Assembly: GCA_051294375.1 (NCBI GenBank)
Contig: JBJCIZ010000722.1
Location: 1 to 18,362, forward strand
Length of the DNA: 18,362 bases
Reading direction: 5' to 3'
Source of the DNA: Paraspadella gotoi
Taxonomy: Eukaryota; Animalia; Chaetognatha
A model generated the notes under the pieces. The model made no database searches. It was given only the letters and a program-made list of their open reading frames with translations, and had not been told where the DNA came from. Positions 16,760 through 18,362 of this stretch are shown piece by piece. Made by a program: the position numbers and the translations under genes. Within the stretch, counting starts at the first letter, position 1. Every line of letters starts with the position of its first letter.

Positions 16760-18362
16760 TTACTCGGAGTCGTGAGAATACGAGAGTATTGTTTGCGGGA
16801 GAAAGGGAAATGAGGAATTTTCTCTGTCCAAATTATGCAAATTCGTCCTTAATAGAGAGAAAGAAAAAAAAAAGAAAATGAAAATGAACAATTGTTTTAT
16901 TCATTTCTTTCATAAAAAAAACAAAAAAACCTCATTTTATTCAATACCTGTATTTTAACGAGTCGAGGCTTGAATTGTTATTGGCGAACACGAGGTAAGG
17001 AAACTTGTGACGAATCAATCCGGCGTCGGTTTCTACGTTTTGCGTGGCGGCGTTGAAGGCGGACTTCAGCGAGACATACTCGTCTCCGCTTGTGAGTGAG
17101 CTTAAATTTGAACGTGATTCAGCGGATAAGGTCTTAAAAAAAAAGAAAGTATTTTGATCTATTTTAATGCGTTTTAGCGCCGTGTTAAGAAGCCCGGTTC
17201 CGTTTTTCGCGGAGGCTGAGGCTGATTGAGTAATAGTTATTGAATTGATGTTTAGGTGATGAGCTGACTGACTAAAAAATTCTAAGAAGAAATCGGTGAG
17301 ACGTTGTGCAATGGGAACCGCTCCTTTTGGACTTTCCTCTCGAGGAAAGTGACCTGTTGAGTGACGGATCAAAAACGCGTCATCGAATACACAGATAGAA
17401 TTACGGAGAAGTTCAAACTTTTTTTTCTTTTTCTTCTTTTTGTCGGAACTCTCATCGTTGTTATTGTCGTCGTTGTCGTCGTCGTCGTCGTCATTATCCT
17501 TAATCTTGTTAACGACTCGCTCGCTCATTTTCGTATTACTATCTCCCTCTACAGGGATGTTCTCTCCACTCTTCTTCTTCTTTTTCTTCTTCTCTGTTAC
17601 ATCCTCGTTCTTTTGTTTCTTGCTATTGATCGTTCTCGCTGTCGTTCTATCACTGTCCTTATCATCGTCATCATCTTTATCATCGTTATTGTCATCTCTT
17701 TTTCTCTTGTTTTTACTACTTCTTAAATTCATTGCATGAGCACCTCCCACGCTGCCGAATCCCTTCTTTCTAGTGGGCAGGTTAATCTCTCCTTTAGATG
17801 ATAGGGCTATATCACGCAATCTTTTGAGTGGCGGATCTTCCAAACGCAGCATCCTTTTAACAGCATCACCCGAACGGAATTTTTGTTTAAAGTAAAGGCG
17901 TCCATTTCCTCGTCGTGATTGTTGTTGTTGTTGTACTCTAGTAGCCGTTCTTGTGGAGTGACCCCTGAAACGACTTCCGGTTTTCCATATTCCGCTGCGA
18001 GCCAGTAACTTTTCGTTTCTAGAAAGTAGCGAGTGTTGCTGTCGTAGCCCTTGGTTTCTTTGTTTTGTCTTTCTTGTCTTGTCGGCAATTTTCTGAAGAA
18101 AACGCAAACAACGCTGTCCGCCATCTTCGTCTACGTTAACGTAGTCATCGTCATTATCATTGTCATCATTGTCATCGTCATTATTGATATTGTCATCATT
18201 GTCATCGTCATCATCTTCATCATCATCGTCATCAGTGTCATCGTAATCTGGGTTTAAAGTCTGTCTCCTAGATTTTTCTAAGGCTCTTTCGTACCCTTCT
18301 TGAAAGACTGGATTTAAGGCGCCTAAGGGTGATTCAAAGACTTCTAGCGGAACATTTAATTC
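16760..18362 (-). CDS. A32/FtsK-like DNA packaging ATPase (5' partial; exons >18362-16948 and 16847-16760)
   Basis: The frame is open from the window edge (ELNVPLEVFESP...) through Walker B-like NSICVFDD (~17380) and SQSAHHLNINSITITQS, which resembles the RH.N.S....Q motif of Polinton/A32 ATPases. Intron 16947-16848 (AG|GTATTG...TTAAG|G) gives ...YLVF...LKYRTNLHN...SE*, followed by AATAAA. Walker A is not in the window. Confidence 0.8.

Larger units (their letters stand above)
2018..18362 (-). mobile_element. Polinton/Maverick (polintovirus/adintovirus-like) endogenous element, intron-containing, right part truncated by the window
   Basis: Co-oriented set of packaging ATPase, retroviral-type integrase, minor capsid, major capsid and adenain-like protease. 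The order ATPase-(PZ)-INT-mCP-(small ORF)-MCP-PRO is the one I recall for animal Mavericks. The left boundary is tentative (AGTAGTAGT at 2018). pPolB is not in the window. Confidence 0.92.

Noticed and set aside
8195-18257. Plus-strand ORFs (8195, 9446, 11931, 12494, 13290, 14150, 14580, 15026, 17361, 17440, 18051)
   Set aside because: They are antisense shadows of minus-strand genes or microsatellite translations, many with non-ATG starts.
1-18362. Protein-primed DNA polymerase B gene; host taxon assignment
   Set aside because: No PolB motifs are seen in any ORF or spliced model in the window. Intron size and composition alone cannot identify the host.

Overview
AT-rich eukaryotic DNA with many microsatellites. 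Most of the window (about 2018 to the right edge) is an endogenous Polinton/Maverick (polintovirus/adintovirus-like) element whose genes are broken by many short GT-AG introns, so the ORF track shows only fragments. Splicing the minus strand by hand gives these genes, right to left: a packaging ATPase (5'-partial, with a long low-complexity insertion), three ORFans, a gene in the PZ position, a DD(35)E integrase (4 exons), a minor capsid/penton protein, a small basic protein, a double-jelly-roll major capsid protein (11 exons), an adenain-like protease, a small membrane protein and a protamine-like protein (2 exons, absent from the ORF track). Near the left end lies a convergent pair of paralogous single-pass membrane protein genes; the long one has YEEI and YLEP tyrosine motifs. 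I infer about 25-29 introns. The core viral genes splice into uninterrupted frames. No protein-primed PolB is in the window; it may lie beyond the right edge. Bases 1-2017 are repeat-rich and probably flank. All exon models come from reading the sequence by eye and all family assignments from recalled motif patterns; no database search was run.
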